Made by a program: the position numbers and the translations under genes. A DNA stretch of 64,000 nt, from NCBI GenBank assembly GCA_963748815.1, contig CAVVKJ010000010.1, forward strand, positions 960,001 to 1,024,000, given 5' to 3'. The notes beneath the pieces are model-generated. The model ran no database searches. It was not told the DNA's origin and worked only from the letters and a program-made list of their open reading frames with translations. The stretch is from an uncultured Gemmatimonadales bacterium. GTDB lineage: Bacteria > Gemmatimonadota > Gemmatimonadetes > Gemmatimonadales > GWC2-71-9. Of the stretch, positions 23,022 to 32,908 are shown in pieces; position 1 is the first letter of the stretch, and each line of letters opens with the position of its first letter.

Positions 23022-24524
23022 AACGCAAGTACCTGGCGCTCTGGCTCGTGCTCGCCTGGGTCGGCGCGCTCGGCTGGCTGGTGGCGCGCGAATATCGTCC
23101 CGTGTCCGGCGGCGCGAACTCGGCGGGCGCAGAGATTCGCCTCCCGCCGACCACCTCGTTCTATGCGCTGCTGGCGGGCAGCGAGCAAGTCGGATTTCGC
23201 TCGGTCAGCACCGACACCCTGCCGAACGGCATCCGGGTGACCTCCCGCATCGACGTGGATCTCCCCCTCCCCCTGGTGCCGAGGCGGCTCCTTTCGACGA
23301 CGGAGGCACTGTACGATCCGCGGCTTCGCCTTGTCTCCTACACGACGACCATCAGTGGGGAGGCGGGACAGCAGACGTTGAAGGGTACGGTGGGGATGGA
23401 CAGCGTGCTGACGGTGGTGATCACTGGCCGGGGGCAGACCCGGCCCGACACCGTGGCGCTCCCCCTCCCCGCCGACGCGCTCCTGCCGGATGCGGTGTCG
23501 ATCCGGCTCGCCGCAGGCGACGGGCTGAAGGCGGGGGACACTGCCTCCCTCGTCATTTTCGATCCGGTTGAGCTGTCGGTCGCCTCGTGGCACATCGAGA
23601 TCGGCGCGGAGAGCACCTTCGTGGTGGCCGACAGCGCGGTCATCGACTCGGCGTCGGGGCGATGGATCCCGTCGGGGCTCGATACCATTCAGACCCTGCG
23701 CGCCACCTGGTCCGAATTCGGCCTGCCGGTGCGGGCGTGGATCGACCGACGGGGGACGGTCCTCCAGCGGGAGACGCCGTTGGGGCTGACGGAGCGGCGC
23801 GGCCCGTACGAAATCGTCAACACCGGTTACCTTCGGCGGCGATCGCGCAACGTGCAGGCGGTGCCGCTCGAGGTGTCGACCCCCGGCGCAGTGCGTGCCG
23901 GTCCGGGACGGGTAATGCTCGGCCCGGTGGACCTGACACTCGCCGCGCCCGCGCTGACGACGCCCTGGCAGGCCGTCCTGCGGGGAGCGATCGAGACGCG
24001 TCCTGCCGCGACCGTGCCACGGCCGCGTTCGTCGGCCTCCGCCGATTCGATCCCCTTCGGCTATCGCGACCCGCCTTCGGCCGGCTCGATCGTGGTCGAA
24101 GCGCGGCGCATTGCGCGTACCGACTCGGTGGAGCCCGCGGAGGTGGTGCGCCGGCTCACGGCGTGGATCGCGAACAGCATCCGCGCAGGGCAGCCGAACC
24201 CCGGCGGACCCGCCGAGACCTTGCGCGCCCGCAGCGGCGACAGTTCCGACCGCGCCGCACTCCTCGCGGCCATGGCCCGGGCGCTGGGCGTTCCCGCCCG
24301 CCCGGTGGCCGGGTTGCTCTCGACCGGGCGGACGACCGCGGTACCGCGCCTGGACGGAAGTGTGGCTTGGCGAGTGGATTCCGGTGGACCCGACGCTGGC
24401 CCAATTTCCGGCCGACGGCGGGCACATCCGCCTCCTGATCGACGCGACGGCGCGGCCCCTGACGATTGTCCCGATGCTCGGGGCCGTGCATCCCACCCTC
24501 CTCACTATGACGACGGCGCCATGA
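23018..24524 (+). CDS. Membrane-anchored transglutaminase-like protein (frameshift near 24330; start uncertain)
   Basis: N-terminal TM; GDSSDRAALLAAMARALGVPARPVAG and AWTEVWLGEWIPVDPTLAQFPADGGHIRL. Confidence 0.75.
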
Positions 24525-25279
24525 TCCAGTTGCGCGACCTCTCGAAAAACTATGGCCGCTTCACCGCGGTGGATCGCCTGTCGCTGGAAGTGCCGAAGGG
24601 CGAGCTGTTCGGATTCCTGGGGCCAAACGGCGCCGGGAAGACCACCACCCTGCGCATGATTGCCGGCATCCTGCAGCCGACCGGTGGCTCGGTGAGCATC
24701 GGCGGTGCAGACATCCATCAGAATCCGGAAGAGGCGAAGGCCAAGCTCGGGTTCATTCCGGACCGGCCGTATGTGTACGAGAAGCTGACGGGCGCCGAAT
24801 TCCTGCGCTTCGTCGCGGCGCTGTACGGCCAGGAGGGGGCCGGCGTGGAAAAGCGGATGGATGAGCTGCTCGAGCTGTTCGAGCTGGCCCCCTGGAAGGA
24901 CGAGTTGACGGAGTCGTACAGTCACGGAATGCGGCAGAAGCTCCTGATCTCCAGCGCGCTGGTCCACCGGCCGGAGGTGGTCGTCGTCGACGAGCCGATG
25001 GTGGGACTCGACCCGAAGAGCGCGCGCACGCTCAAGGATCTGCTCCGCGCGTTCGTCGACCGCGGCGGCACGGTGCTGATGAGCACCCACACCCTCGAGG
25101 TGGCCGAGGCGATGTGCGACCGCATCGCGATCATCCACCACGGCACGCTGGCGGCCTCGGGAACGATGGCGGACCTGCGGCGGGAGACGGCATCCGAGGG
25201 GCTGACCCTCGAGCGGCTCTTTCTCAAGCTCACCGGCGGCGAGGTGCCGCAGTCGCTGAGCGGCATGTTTGATGACTGA
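24521..25279 (+). CDS. ABC transporter ATP-binding protein
   Basis: GPNGAGKTT, YSHGMRQK, VVDEP, H-loop STH. Confidence 0.95.
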   Translation: MIQLRDLSKNYGRFTAVDRLSLEVPKGELFGFLGPNGAGKTTTLRMIAGILQPTGGSVSIGGADIHQNPEEAKAKLGFIPDRPYVYEKLTGAEFLRFVAALYGQEGAGVEKRMDELLELFELAPWKDELTESYSHGMRQKLLISSALVHRPEVVVVDEPMVGLDPKSARTLKDLLRAFVDRGGTVLMSTHTLEVAEAMCDRIAIIHHGTLAASGTMADLRRETASEGLTLERLFLKLTGGEVPQSLSGMFDD

Positions 25280-26999
25280 GCCGCTGGCGGCGCCGGCTCC
25301 TGCCGGACCGCTCCCGCAGCCTGGGCTGTGGGTCCTGCTTTCGCCCAAGTGGCGCACCGCGATGGCCCGGGTGCGCCAGGAGCGGTCGGGGGCCGGCATG
25401 CGTCTGCTCCTCCTGACGCTGGTCGGCTTTGGCTTCTGGTCGGCGGTCTTCGGCGTTTCCTACCGGGTCCTGAAGTATTTCCAGGGCGTGCCGGAAATCG
25501 GCACCCTCGTCGCCACCAAACTCCTGGCCGTCCTGCTGCTCGCCTTCCTTGGCGTGCTGCTGCTCTCCAACATCATCACCGCGCTCTCCACCTACTTCCT
25601 GGCGTCGGACCTCGACCTCATGGTTTCCGCGCCGGTGGACTGGCTGCGGGTCTACCTCGTCAAGCTCGCCGAGACGACGGTGCATTCCTCGTGGATGGTA
25701 GCGCTGGTGGCGGTGCCGATCTTCACCGCCTATGGCATGGTCTTCGACGGGGGACCGCTCTACCCGCTGATCGTCATCGCGGCGCTGATTCCCTTCCTCG
25801 TGATGCCGGCGGTGCTGGGGACGATGCTCACCCTGTTGCTGGTGAACATCTTTCCCGCGCGGAAGACCCGGGACCTGCTGACGCTGATCGCGGTGGGTGC
25901 GGTGGGCGGGGTGGTGCTGCTGCTGCGGCTCATCCGGCCGGAGCAGCTGGCCCGGCCGGAGGGTTTCCGAAACCTGCTCGATTACTTCTCGATGCTGCAG
26001 GGGCCGACCAACCCGTTCCTGCCCAGCGAGTGGGCCGCGGACATGGTGATGAACTGGCTCCTCCGCATCGGGGATCCGCTCCCGATCCTCCTGCTCTGGA
26101 CCACCGCGGGGGTTCTCGGCGTCGTCGGCTCCGCGCTGCACCAGAAGCTCTACCTGGCGGGCTACAGCAAGGCGCAGGAGGGGAAGGACACCTTTGTCCG
26201 CGGAGGACTCTGGGAGCGGTTGCTGCTGCCGCTGCTCCGCACCGCCGGACCGGCGCGCCGGGAATTCATCCTCAAGGACCTCCGGCTGTTCTTCCGCGAC
26301 ACGACGCAGTGGAGCCAGCTCATCCTGCTGGCCGTGCTGCTGGCGGTGTATGTCTTCAACATCCAGACGCTCCAGCTCTTCTCCGGGGAGCAGGTGCCGG
26401 TCTTCTTCGTCACCCTCGTGGTCTTCCTGAACCAGGGGCTGGCCGGGTTCGTCCTCGCCGCGATTGCGGCGCGTTTCATCTTCCCGGCCATTTCGCTCGA
26501 GGGACGGGAGCTCTGGCTCCTCAAGTCGAGTCCGCTCGACCTCCGCGCCATGTTCTGGAGCAAGTATTTCATCGGAACGCTGCCGCTGATGGTGGTGGCG
26601 CTCACCCTGACGCTCGTGACCAACGCCCTCCTCCACGCCAGCCCGTTCATCATGCTGATGAGCGTCCTGACCATCACGATGTACACCCTGGCGGCGAGCG
26701 CGATGGCGCTCGGCCTCGGCGCGCTCTTCCCGCAGTTCGGGACCGAGAACGCCGCGCAGATTCCCACCAGCTTCGGCGGGCTCGTGTTCATGATGTCGAG
26801 CCTCAGCCTGCTGGCGCTGGTCATCGTCATCGAGGCGCTGCCGGTGGCCAGCTACCTCCGCGCCATCGCGGCCGGGGGCGACCCGGGGTGGAGCAGCGAG
26901 ATGGTGTTGAGCATGCTGGCGGTGGCCGCGCTCTGCGCCGTCTCCACCATCCTGCCGCTGCGCATCGGACTCCGTCGACTGCAGGAACTCGAACTCTAG
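25272..26999 (+). CDS. ABC-2-type exporter permease (large multi-TM)
   Basis: Many TM helices, KDLRLFFRD and AISLEGRELWLLKSSP motifs; follows the ATPase. Confidence 0.85.
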   Translation: MTEPLAAPAPAGPLPQPGLWVLLSPKWRTAMARVRQERSGAGMRLLLLTLVGFGFWSAVFGVSYRVLKYFQGVPEIGTLVATKLLAVLLLAFLGVLLLSNIITALSTYFLASDLDLMVSAPVDWLRVYLVKLAETTVHSSWMVALVAVPIFTAYGMVFDGGPLYPLIVIAALIPFLVMPAVLGTMLTLLLVNIFPARKTRDLLTLIAVGAVGGVVLLLRLIRPEQLARPEGFRNLLDYFSMLQGPTNPFLPSEWAADMVMNWLLRIGDPLPILLLWTTAGVLGVVGSALHQKLYLAGYSKAQEGKDTFVRGGLWERLLLPLLRTAGPARREFILKDLRLFFRDTTQWSQLILLAVLLAVYVFNIQTLQLFSGEQVPVFFVTLVVFLNQGLAGFVLAAIAARFIFPAISLEGRELWLLKSSPLDLRAMFWSKYFIGTLPLMVVALTLTLVTNALLHASPFIMLMSVLTITMYTLAASAMALGLGALFPQFGTENAAQIPTSFGGLVFMMSSLSLLALVIVIEALPVASYLRAIAAGGDPGWSSEMVLSMLAVAALCAVSTILPLRIGLRRLQELEL

Positions 27000-27083
27000 C
27001 CCCAACCCGCACGTTCGCGGTACCAACCCCCCAATCATCCAGACCTACCTTGGGCGCGCCGTCACCCATCCCAAGGAGGTCTC

Positions 27084-28376
27084 ATGCACGTCAGGCACCG
27101 GCTGGCAGCGCTCGCGCTGCTCGCCACCGCGGTCGGCTGCGCCGACCATGAACCATCCGCGCCGGACGACACCCCCGGTGCGGCCGCCAGTCCGGCGGCC
27201 GTCGCCCCCAGCCCAAACCCCTCTCCCGAGGCCCAGCGGCTGGAACGACAGGCCAGCCGGCTGGCCCGGGCGCTCGCCGACCCGGCGCTCCGGCAATACG
27301 TCTACGAGCAGCTGCGGGCGTCGCGCGCCGTCGAGCACAAGGTGCAGTTCCAGCGGTTCCTGGACCGGGACGACCGCCGGGTCGCTGCCGCCATGGCCAG
27401 CGCCGGTGCGGAGCCCGAGGCGGCCGTCCTGGCGGACGCCGCCGCCGGCATCCGGGCGGAGTTCTACCTGCCCGTCCACGGCCAGCTGGAGCGCTGGGCC
27501 GGCGGCCCCGACTTCCTGGTGGCCACCGCCCTGAACGACGGTGACGTGCCGGTCGCCTACAACTCGAGGGGCCAGCGGTTCCTGCTCGACCCCCGCACCC
27601 CGCCCCCGACCCCGGTGCTGGCCCTGGTCCCCCAGGAAACCGACTTCGACCGCTGGCCAGGACCGGACGGGGCCACCTGTCAGCTCGACGACTGCGGGGG
27701 TGGGGGCAATGGGCAGGGGGGCGGCGGGAGCAGCGGCGGTGGGACGGGGGGACCCGGTGGCGCGCCCCCGAGCCAGTCACTCTACCTGACCCGAGCCCAA
27801 TTCGTGGACACGTTTGAGGGCTGGTTGAAGGGCGACCCCGAGTTTGAGCTCCATGTCCTCGGACCGGCGACACCGGGGGACACCTCCGCCATGGTCTCGT
27901 ACCAGTGTGTCGGGGAACATGCGCCGACGGGGTACTACTGGGACATGAACTCGAAGAGCTGGAGCGGCTCGGCCAAGGTCTTCACCCAGGCGCAGATGGA
28001 TGCCCTGGAGCAGGCATATCCGGGGCGCTCCTACCTGATCATGGCGCTCGAGGACGATGATACGGCGTGTGAAATCAAGATGGGCCAGGACAGGATTGGT
28101 GACCTGTTCACGGCGCTGAAAAACGCCTACCAGTCGTACATCGGGGTCAAGGACATCAAGGTCATCAGCATCAACGGCGTCACCCGCATCATCGTGGCGG
28201 CCAAGAGCGGGGCGAAACTGCTCAGCGCGCTGGCCAGCGTCATCAAGACGAACGACGACCTGATCGGCATCGCGGTGGCGGACTCCGTCATCGGGCGGAC
28301 GAGCACGGTGGGCCACTGGGCCGTCATGGAAGGGAGCTCGCAAATCAACGGCTGGCTGAACCTGGAAATGAAGTGA
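27084..28376 (+). CDS. Secreted lipoprotein, possibly DUF3103-like
   Basis: Lipobox AVGC, Gly-rich linker, FEGWLKGDPEFELHV and EDDDTAC segments; AGGAGG RBS. Confidence 0.6.
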   Translation: MHVRHRLAALALLATAVGCADHEPSAPDDTPGAAASPAAVAPSPNPSPEAQRLERQASRLARALADPALRQYVYEQLRASRAVEHKVQFQRFLDRDDRRVAAAMASAGAEPEAAVLADAAAGIRAEFYLPVHGQLERWAGGPDFLVATALNDGDVPVAYNSRGQRFLLDPRTPPPTPVLALVPQETDFDRWPGPDGATCQLDDCGGGGNGQGGGGSSGGGTGGPGGAPPSQSLYLTRAQFVDTFEGWLKGDPEFELHVLGPATPGDTSAMVSYQCVGEHAPTGYYWDMNSKSWSGSAKVFTQAQMDALEQAYPGRSYLIMALEDDDTACEIKMGQDRIGDLFTALKNAYQSYIGVKDIKVISINGVTRIIVAAKSGAKLLSALASVIKTNDDLIGIAVADSVIGRTSTVGHWAVMEGSSQINGWLNLEMK

Positions 28377-28384
28377 CCACTGAC

Positions 28385-28408
28385 GGCGGGGGAGGTGACT
28401 CCCCCGCC
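28385..28408 (+). terminator. GC-rich hairpin after the lipoprotein gene
   Basis: GGCGGGGGAG-GTGA-CTCCCCCGCC perfect 10-bp stem; no U tract. Confidence 0.45.
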
Positions 28409-28425
28409 CCACCCAAGGAGCGCAT

Positions 28426-29053
28426 ATGGTCCGAATGGAAAAATGGAGAGCGGTGCTGCGCGGGATGGTCATCGTGCTGGCGGTTCCCGCCGCCAGTCTC
28501 GCCGCCCAGGGCAGCGCGTGGCACCTGTCGGCCGGCGCGGCGCAGACCTGGTTCAGCGGCGGCCTGGACGACACCACCACGATCGAGGGACACTGGACGC
28601 TCGCGCCAAAGCTCACCTGGGGACTCAGCGCCGACCGCGAGCCTCGGAAAGATCCGGCTCGGGCTCGGCCTGTCCTACGTTTCCTCCCGCGTCCAGGTCA
28701 GCGACGAACAAGTCACGCTCATCGAGGGCACACTCGACGTGAGCCAGGTGGCGGTGGCGGCCCTGGTGACCGTCCCGCTGGCCCGGCTGGGCAGCGATGG
28801 CGCCGCCCTGAACCTCTCCGCCGGCCCGGTGCTCGGCCTCTGGTCGCTGACGGACGCGGACACTCGCACCCGGTTCGGCGGCACCGCGAGCCTGCAGCTC
28901 GCGGCCCCCATCACCCCGAGCTGGCAACTGCTGGCCACGCTGGGGGGCTCCGTGTCCGGATCCCCCTTCAACGCGACCGACGTGCCGGACTTCTTCGACA
29001 CCACTACCCTGTGGGCGACCGGCGCCGGCCTCGGCATCCAGTACGCCTTCTAG
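28426..29053 (+). CDS. Small outer-membrane beta-barrel protein (frameshift near 28640)
   Basis: Signal peptide (LAAQG), alternating beta strands, C-terminal GLGIQYAF. Confidence 0.7.
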
Positions 29054-29055
29054 TG

Positions 29056-31647
29056 TCAGGACTTCGGGTCGAGCGCCTCGCTCACCGCCAGCGACAGGTG
29101 CTGACGGTGGGCCCGCGTCTCGGCGTCGCCCACCGGCGTCGCCACCTGGGCCTGGATCTTCTTCAGGCTCGCGATGGCCGCCGACTGCGACACATAGTCG
29201 TAGTTCTTGGCCGTCGGTCCCTTGATCATCCCGGCCACCTGGCTGACGTACTCGAGCTGCAGGTTCTGCCGGAAGGTGTTGACGTTGCCGCGGGCGTCGG
29301 CCGCAAACACGGCGTCGGTCAAGTCCGACATCATCTGGGCCGACGAGTACTTGTTTCCGTAGAGGCGTGAATCGGTCAGCCGGGCCTGGGTCTGCGGGGC
29401 CAGCAGGAAGGAGAGCACGCCCTTCTGCATGTTGAGGACGCGCGCGTGGATATCCGGCTCGCCCGGTCCGCTGAACCCGCGCCGCGGCTGCTGCAGCTCC
29501 GCCAGCAGTTCGGGCGAGGCGTCCCAGGCATCGGGCGCGAAGAACTCCGTGCGCAGCAGGCGCATCGCGCGCTGCTGCTCGGCCAGCGGCACCGGCGTGA
29601 ACGGCAGGCCGGCGCCCGCCTGTCCATCCACCCCACGGCTCACATAGACCCCGCCGACGTACCGCGACGTCACCACGGCGGCGTTCCCCTTCTCGCCGGT
29701 CGTCCGAAGGTACGCGGTCCTCAGCGTGGCATAGTCCTCACCCGGCTTCGGGTACCGCTGGTCCAATCCCCTGAGCAGGGTGTCCGCCAGGAGCATGCGC
29801 CCCTCGGCCCAGGTGAGGGCGTCGTTGCTCAGGTCGCCGACCATGATGCGTGGGTCGATGCCGCCACTCGGCGAGCGCATGTCGTCGGCGTCGTTGCCGA
29901 AGGCGAGCTCCGGCTCGGTGGAACGGTTGAGCAGCGCCGTCATGCGCGCCGCTTCGGCCGAGGGGCTCGACAACGCCGGCCGGTAGGCGAATTCGATGGC
30001 CCAGTCGTCGTACGGACCCGGATGGGTGTCGAACACCGGCGACCGCTTGCCTCCCGGAGGTGGGACGTTGGCGGCGTGGTAGTCCATGACCGACCCTGAC
30101 ACCCCCCGGGCCGCGACCAGCGCGGAGTCCTGGAGCTGGGCCGGGGAAAGCATCTGGCTCGCCTTCATGTTGTGGTTCAGCCCCATCGTGTGCCCGACCT
30201 CGTGGAGCACGAGGCTCACGACGGCGTCGTAGATGTAGGCGTTCATTTCGGCGTCGGTCGCGCCCAGCGCCCGCAGTGCAGACGCACCGAACGCGGCCTG
30301 CTGCTGCAGATAGCCTTGCGCGGAGCAGGCCAGCAGGTCCGACTCGTCTCCGGGGAGCGCCAGCGAGAACCCGGCGTACTCGAACAACTCCGCCTGCTGG
30401 ATCCGGTTGGTCACGAAGATGAACTCGAGCATGATGTCGGCGCCCAGGATCTGGCCGGTGCGCGGATTCACGAAGCTGGGGCCGTAGCCGCCAAAGGGAG
30501 GATTGGGCGACGCCGTCCAGCGGAGGACGTTGTAGCGCAGGTCGCCGGCATCCCAGGTGGCGGTGTCCGGCTGCTCCCGGACGACCACCGCGTTGGTGAA
30601 CCCGGCGGTCGCAAACGCCTCGTTCCAGCGAAGCACACCCTCGCGAATGGCCGGCCGCAGCTCGACTGGCGTGGTGTTTTCGATCCACCAGGTGATCGGC
30701 TCCACCGGGTCGGACATGGCCGCGTCAGGATTCTTCTTCACCAGGTTCCACCGGTGCACCTGGTCCCGCCACGGCGTGACGCTCGTGGAGGTCAGGTCGG
30801 TCACCTGATCGGTGAAGTAGCCGACCCGGGGGTCGGCGTAGCGCGGCTGGTAGTCGTTGGCGGGCATCTCGATGAAGGTGTGCTGGATCGTCAGGCTCAC
30901 GTTGCGCGGATCGGTGATTTCCGGCCCGCCGCCGTTGGTCGGCGCCGGGTTCACGTAGACGTACTCCACCACGACGTCGGTGTTGAGCGGATACGACTTG
31001 ACCGACACGACGTGCGTCTTCTCCTTGCTCAGGTTGCCGAGCGTGAAGGACGCGCCCGGGGGCGCACCCGGCCGCGGACTCGGCTTCACCTGCCGGAGGG
31101 TCTCGGTCAGGAACAGGTCGTCGGCCTTGATCAGGTATTCGCCCGAGGCCGTGTCCGTCGCCGCGATGTCGATGGAGGCGAGGAGGCCCGGGCTGATGTT
31201 CGCGTCGGCCGCCCGGCTGAGCGGGCTGGCAGGATTGAAGTAGAAGTTGGTGTTCTGCGTGACGAACTCGATCTTGTTGAAGTTCTTCCGGACGGCGAAG
31301 ACCTCGTTCGGGCCAAAGGCGCCGCGGAAGCTCCCGGCCGGGAGCGCTCCCTCGTCGGTGACCGACCAGTAGATGAACTCCTTCCCGATCTGGTCCTTCT
31401 TAACCACCATCTGGAGCGCACCCGTCACCGTGTCCTGGTAGATGGTGAACAGCCCGGCGTACTTGGCGGAACTCTTGGTCAGTTCGGCGATGGTCTTGCT
31501 CGCCCCCGGCTTGTCTCCCGCCGACTTGGCGCCGCCTTGGTTGGCCGCGGGACTCGGGGTGGTGGTCGCGGCACTGCCGGAGGCGCAGGCCAGCGAGACA
31601 GCGCTCAGGGACGCAAGAATGACTCGGACGATTCCTCGACCAGGCAT
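29056..31647 (-). CDS. Zinc-dependent metalloprotease lipoprotein (DUF5117/DUF4953, EcxA-like)
   Basis: Lipobox SLAC, PRYADPRVGYF, HEVGHTMGLNHN zincin motif, SVMDY Met-turn. Confidence 0.9.
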   Translation of the reverse strand: MPGRGIVRVILASLSAVSLACASGSAATTTPSPAANQGGAKSAGDKPGASKTIAELTKSSAKYAGLFTIYQDTVTGALQMVVKKDQIGKEFIYWSVTDEGALPAGSFRGAFGPNEVFAVRKNFNKIEFVTQNTNFYFNPASPLSRAADANISPGLLASIDIAATDTASGEYLIKADDLFLTETLRQVKPSPRPGAPPGASFTLGNLSKEKTHVVSVKSYPLNTDVVVEYVYVNPAPTNGGGPEITDPRNVSLTIQHTFIEMPANDYQPRYADPRVGYFTDQVTDLTSTSVTPWRDQVHRWNLVKKNPDAAMSDPVEPITWWIENTTPVELRPAIREGVLRWNEAFATAGFTNAVVVREQPDTATWDAGDLRYNVLRWTASPNPPFGGYGPSFVNPRTGQILGADIMLEFIFVTNRIQQAELFEYAGFSLALPGDESDLLACSAQGYLQQQAAFGASALRALGATDAEMNAYIYDAVVSLVLHEVGHTMGLNHNMKASQMLSPAQLQDSALVAARGVSGSVMDYHAANVPPPGGKRSPVFDTHPGPYDDWAIEFAYRPALSSPSAEAARMTALLNRSTEPELAFGNDADDMRSPSGGIDPRIMVGDLSNDALTWAEGRMLLADTLLRGLDQRYPKPGEDYATLRTAYLRTTGEKGNAAVVTSRYVGGVYVSRGVDGQAGAGLPFTPVPLAEQQRAMRLLRTEFFAPDAWDASPELLAELQQPRRGFSGPGEPDIHARVLNMQKGVLSFLLAPQTQARLTDSRLYGNKYSSAQMMSDLTDAVFAADARGNVNTFRQNLQLEYVSQVAGMIKGPTAKNYDYVSQSAAIASLKKIQAQVATPVGDAETRAHRQHLSLAVSEALDPKS

Positions 31648-31776
31648 GAACAGCTCCGATACGAAGGTGAACGGAGGAAGGAACTTCGAGGGGCGGGTGC
31701 CGGGGCGCCTTCCAGGATGGCGCCTCCGGACAATTCTACCGCTATATGACGGGACGGGAAGAGGGTGTGGAGGGTT

Positions 31777-32290
31777 TCAGGCCGCCACGCGCCCACCGCA
31801 GGCCGCGCAAAATCGGCTTCCAGCGGGGAGAGTCGGTGCCGCACTTCGGGCAGCCGGCCGGCGAGCCGAGGCGTTTCCCGCATTCGGGACAGAACTGGGC
31901 GCCGGGCCCCGCGTGCGCCCCGCACGAGCCGCATTCCGAGGCGGTGCGGCCGTCGTCCCGCAGCGTGGCGACCCGGGCGGCGACCTGCGCCTCGAGGTCG
32001 GCGGCGGGAGAACCCTGATCCTCGGCGCGAAGCGCCGAGAGCGCCTCCACCGTGTATTTCTGCTTCAGGAAGGCGTAGTCGCCGTCGCTGAGCTTGCCGG
32101 TCTCCCGGTCGAACTCGATTTCCTTGAGCGCCGCGAGCGCGACCCCGCTCCGGGTGTCCTCAAGGTCCTCCAGCGCGTCGAGGTCGATGACATCCACCGG
32201 CCGCGCGCCGTGCGCGGTAAACACCGGCTCGAACACCAGCCAGAGGAGCGACAGTCCCACGAAGGCGGCAGCCACCGCTTCGATCCACAT
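31777..32290 (-). CDS. CcmI-like membrane protein with C-terminal zinc ribbons (frameshift near 31830)
   Basis: TM helix, ALKEIEFDRETGKLSDGDY, CGSCG..FCPECG, CPKCG..FCAACG. Confidence 0.7.
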
Positions 32291-32907
32291 CAGTCCTTCA
32301 CCTCGGAGAGGGCGCGCTGCAGGCGCTCGAGCTCCTCGGACGTGGCGCCCGAGACGGCGGCGATGTCGATCGCCTCCGTGGGGGCCAGCGAAGGCACCGC
32401 GGCAATCTGGCGCTGGCGCCGCAGGATCCACATCGAGAGGATGCCGATGCCGGCCAGCATCAGGAGACCGGGAACGAAGTACCCGGCCAGGTTGAACCCT
32501 TCCGCCTTCGGCGCCATGAGCGCCTGCTCGCCGTACTCGCTGACGAAGGCCTCGCGGATCTGGTCCGCGGTCCGGTTGTCGTCCCAGAGGGCCACGATCT
32601 CGCGATGGAGCGCCGGGGAGGTGGTGCAGGTGAAGTCGGTGGTCCGGCAGGTGTAGATGTCGAGGTTGCACCCGCACTGGCACTTGAGGGTCTTCTCGAG
32701 TTCCATGATCTGGGCGTCGTTGTCGGCGCCGACGGTCGGGGTGCGCTGCTGGACCGCGTTGGGGTTGTAGAGCCGCCCCGCGTCGCCGCTGCCCGGGGCT
32801 CCCTGCGCCGCATCCTGCGCGCGAAGCGCCCCCGCCCCAGCGAGCGCGAGCCCGCCGAGCGCCACCTGCCGGAGAAAGTCCCGCCGTTCGCTGCCAGGCG
32901 TCGTCAT
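32290..32907 (-). CDS. ccmH: Cytochrome c biogenesis protein CcmH/NrfF-like
   Basis: LKCQCGC...CTTS, FVSEYGEQALMAP, C-terminal TM; N-terminal RRDFLRQ. Confidence 0.75.
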   Translation of the reverse strand: MTTPGSERRDFLRQVALGGLALAGAGALRAQDAAQGAPGSGDAGRLYNPNAVQQRTPTVGADNDAQIMELEKTLKCQCGCNLDIYTCRTTDFTCTTSPALHREIVALWDDNRTADQIREAFVSEYGEQALMAPKAEGFNLAGYFVPGLLMLAGIGILSMWILRRQRQIAAVPSLAPTEAIDIAAVSGATSEELERLQRALSEVKD

Positions 32908-32908
32908 C

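Noticed and set aside
22802..25279. Transglutaminase-ABC ATPase fusion (825-aa ORF)
   Set aside because: Caused by a frameshift near 24330; the transglutaminase C-terminus continues in another frame to 24524 and the ATPase has its own ATG at 24521.
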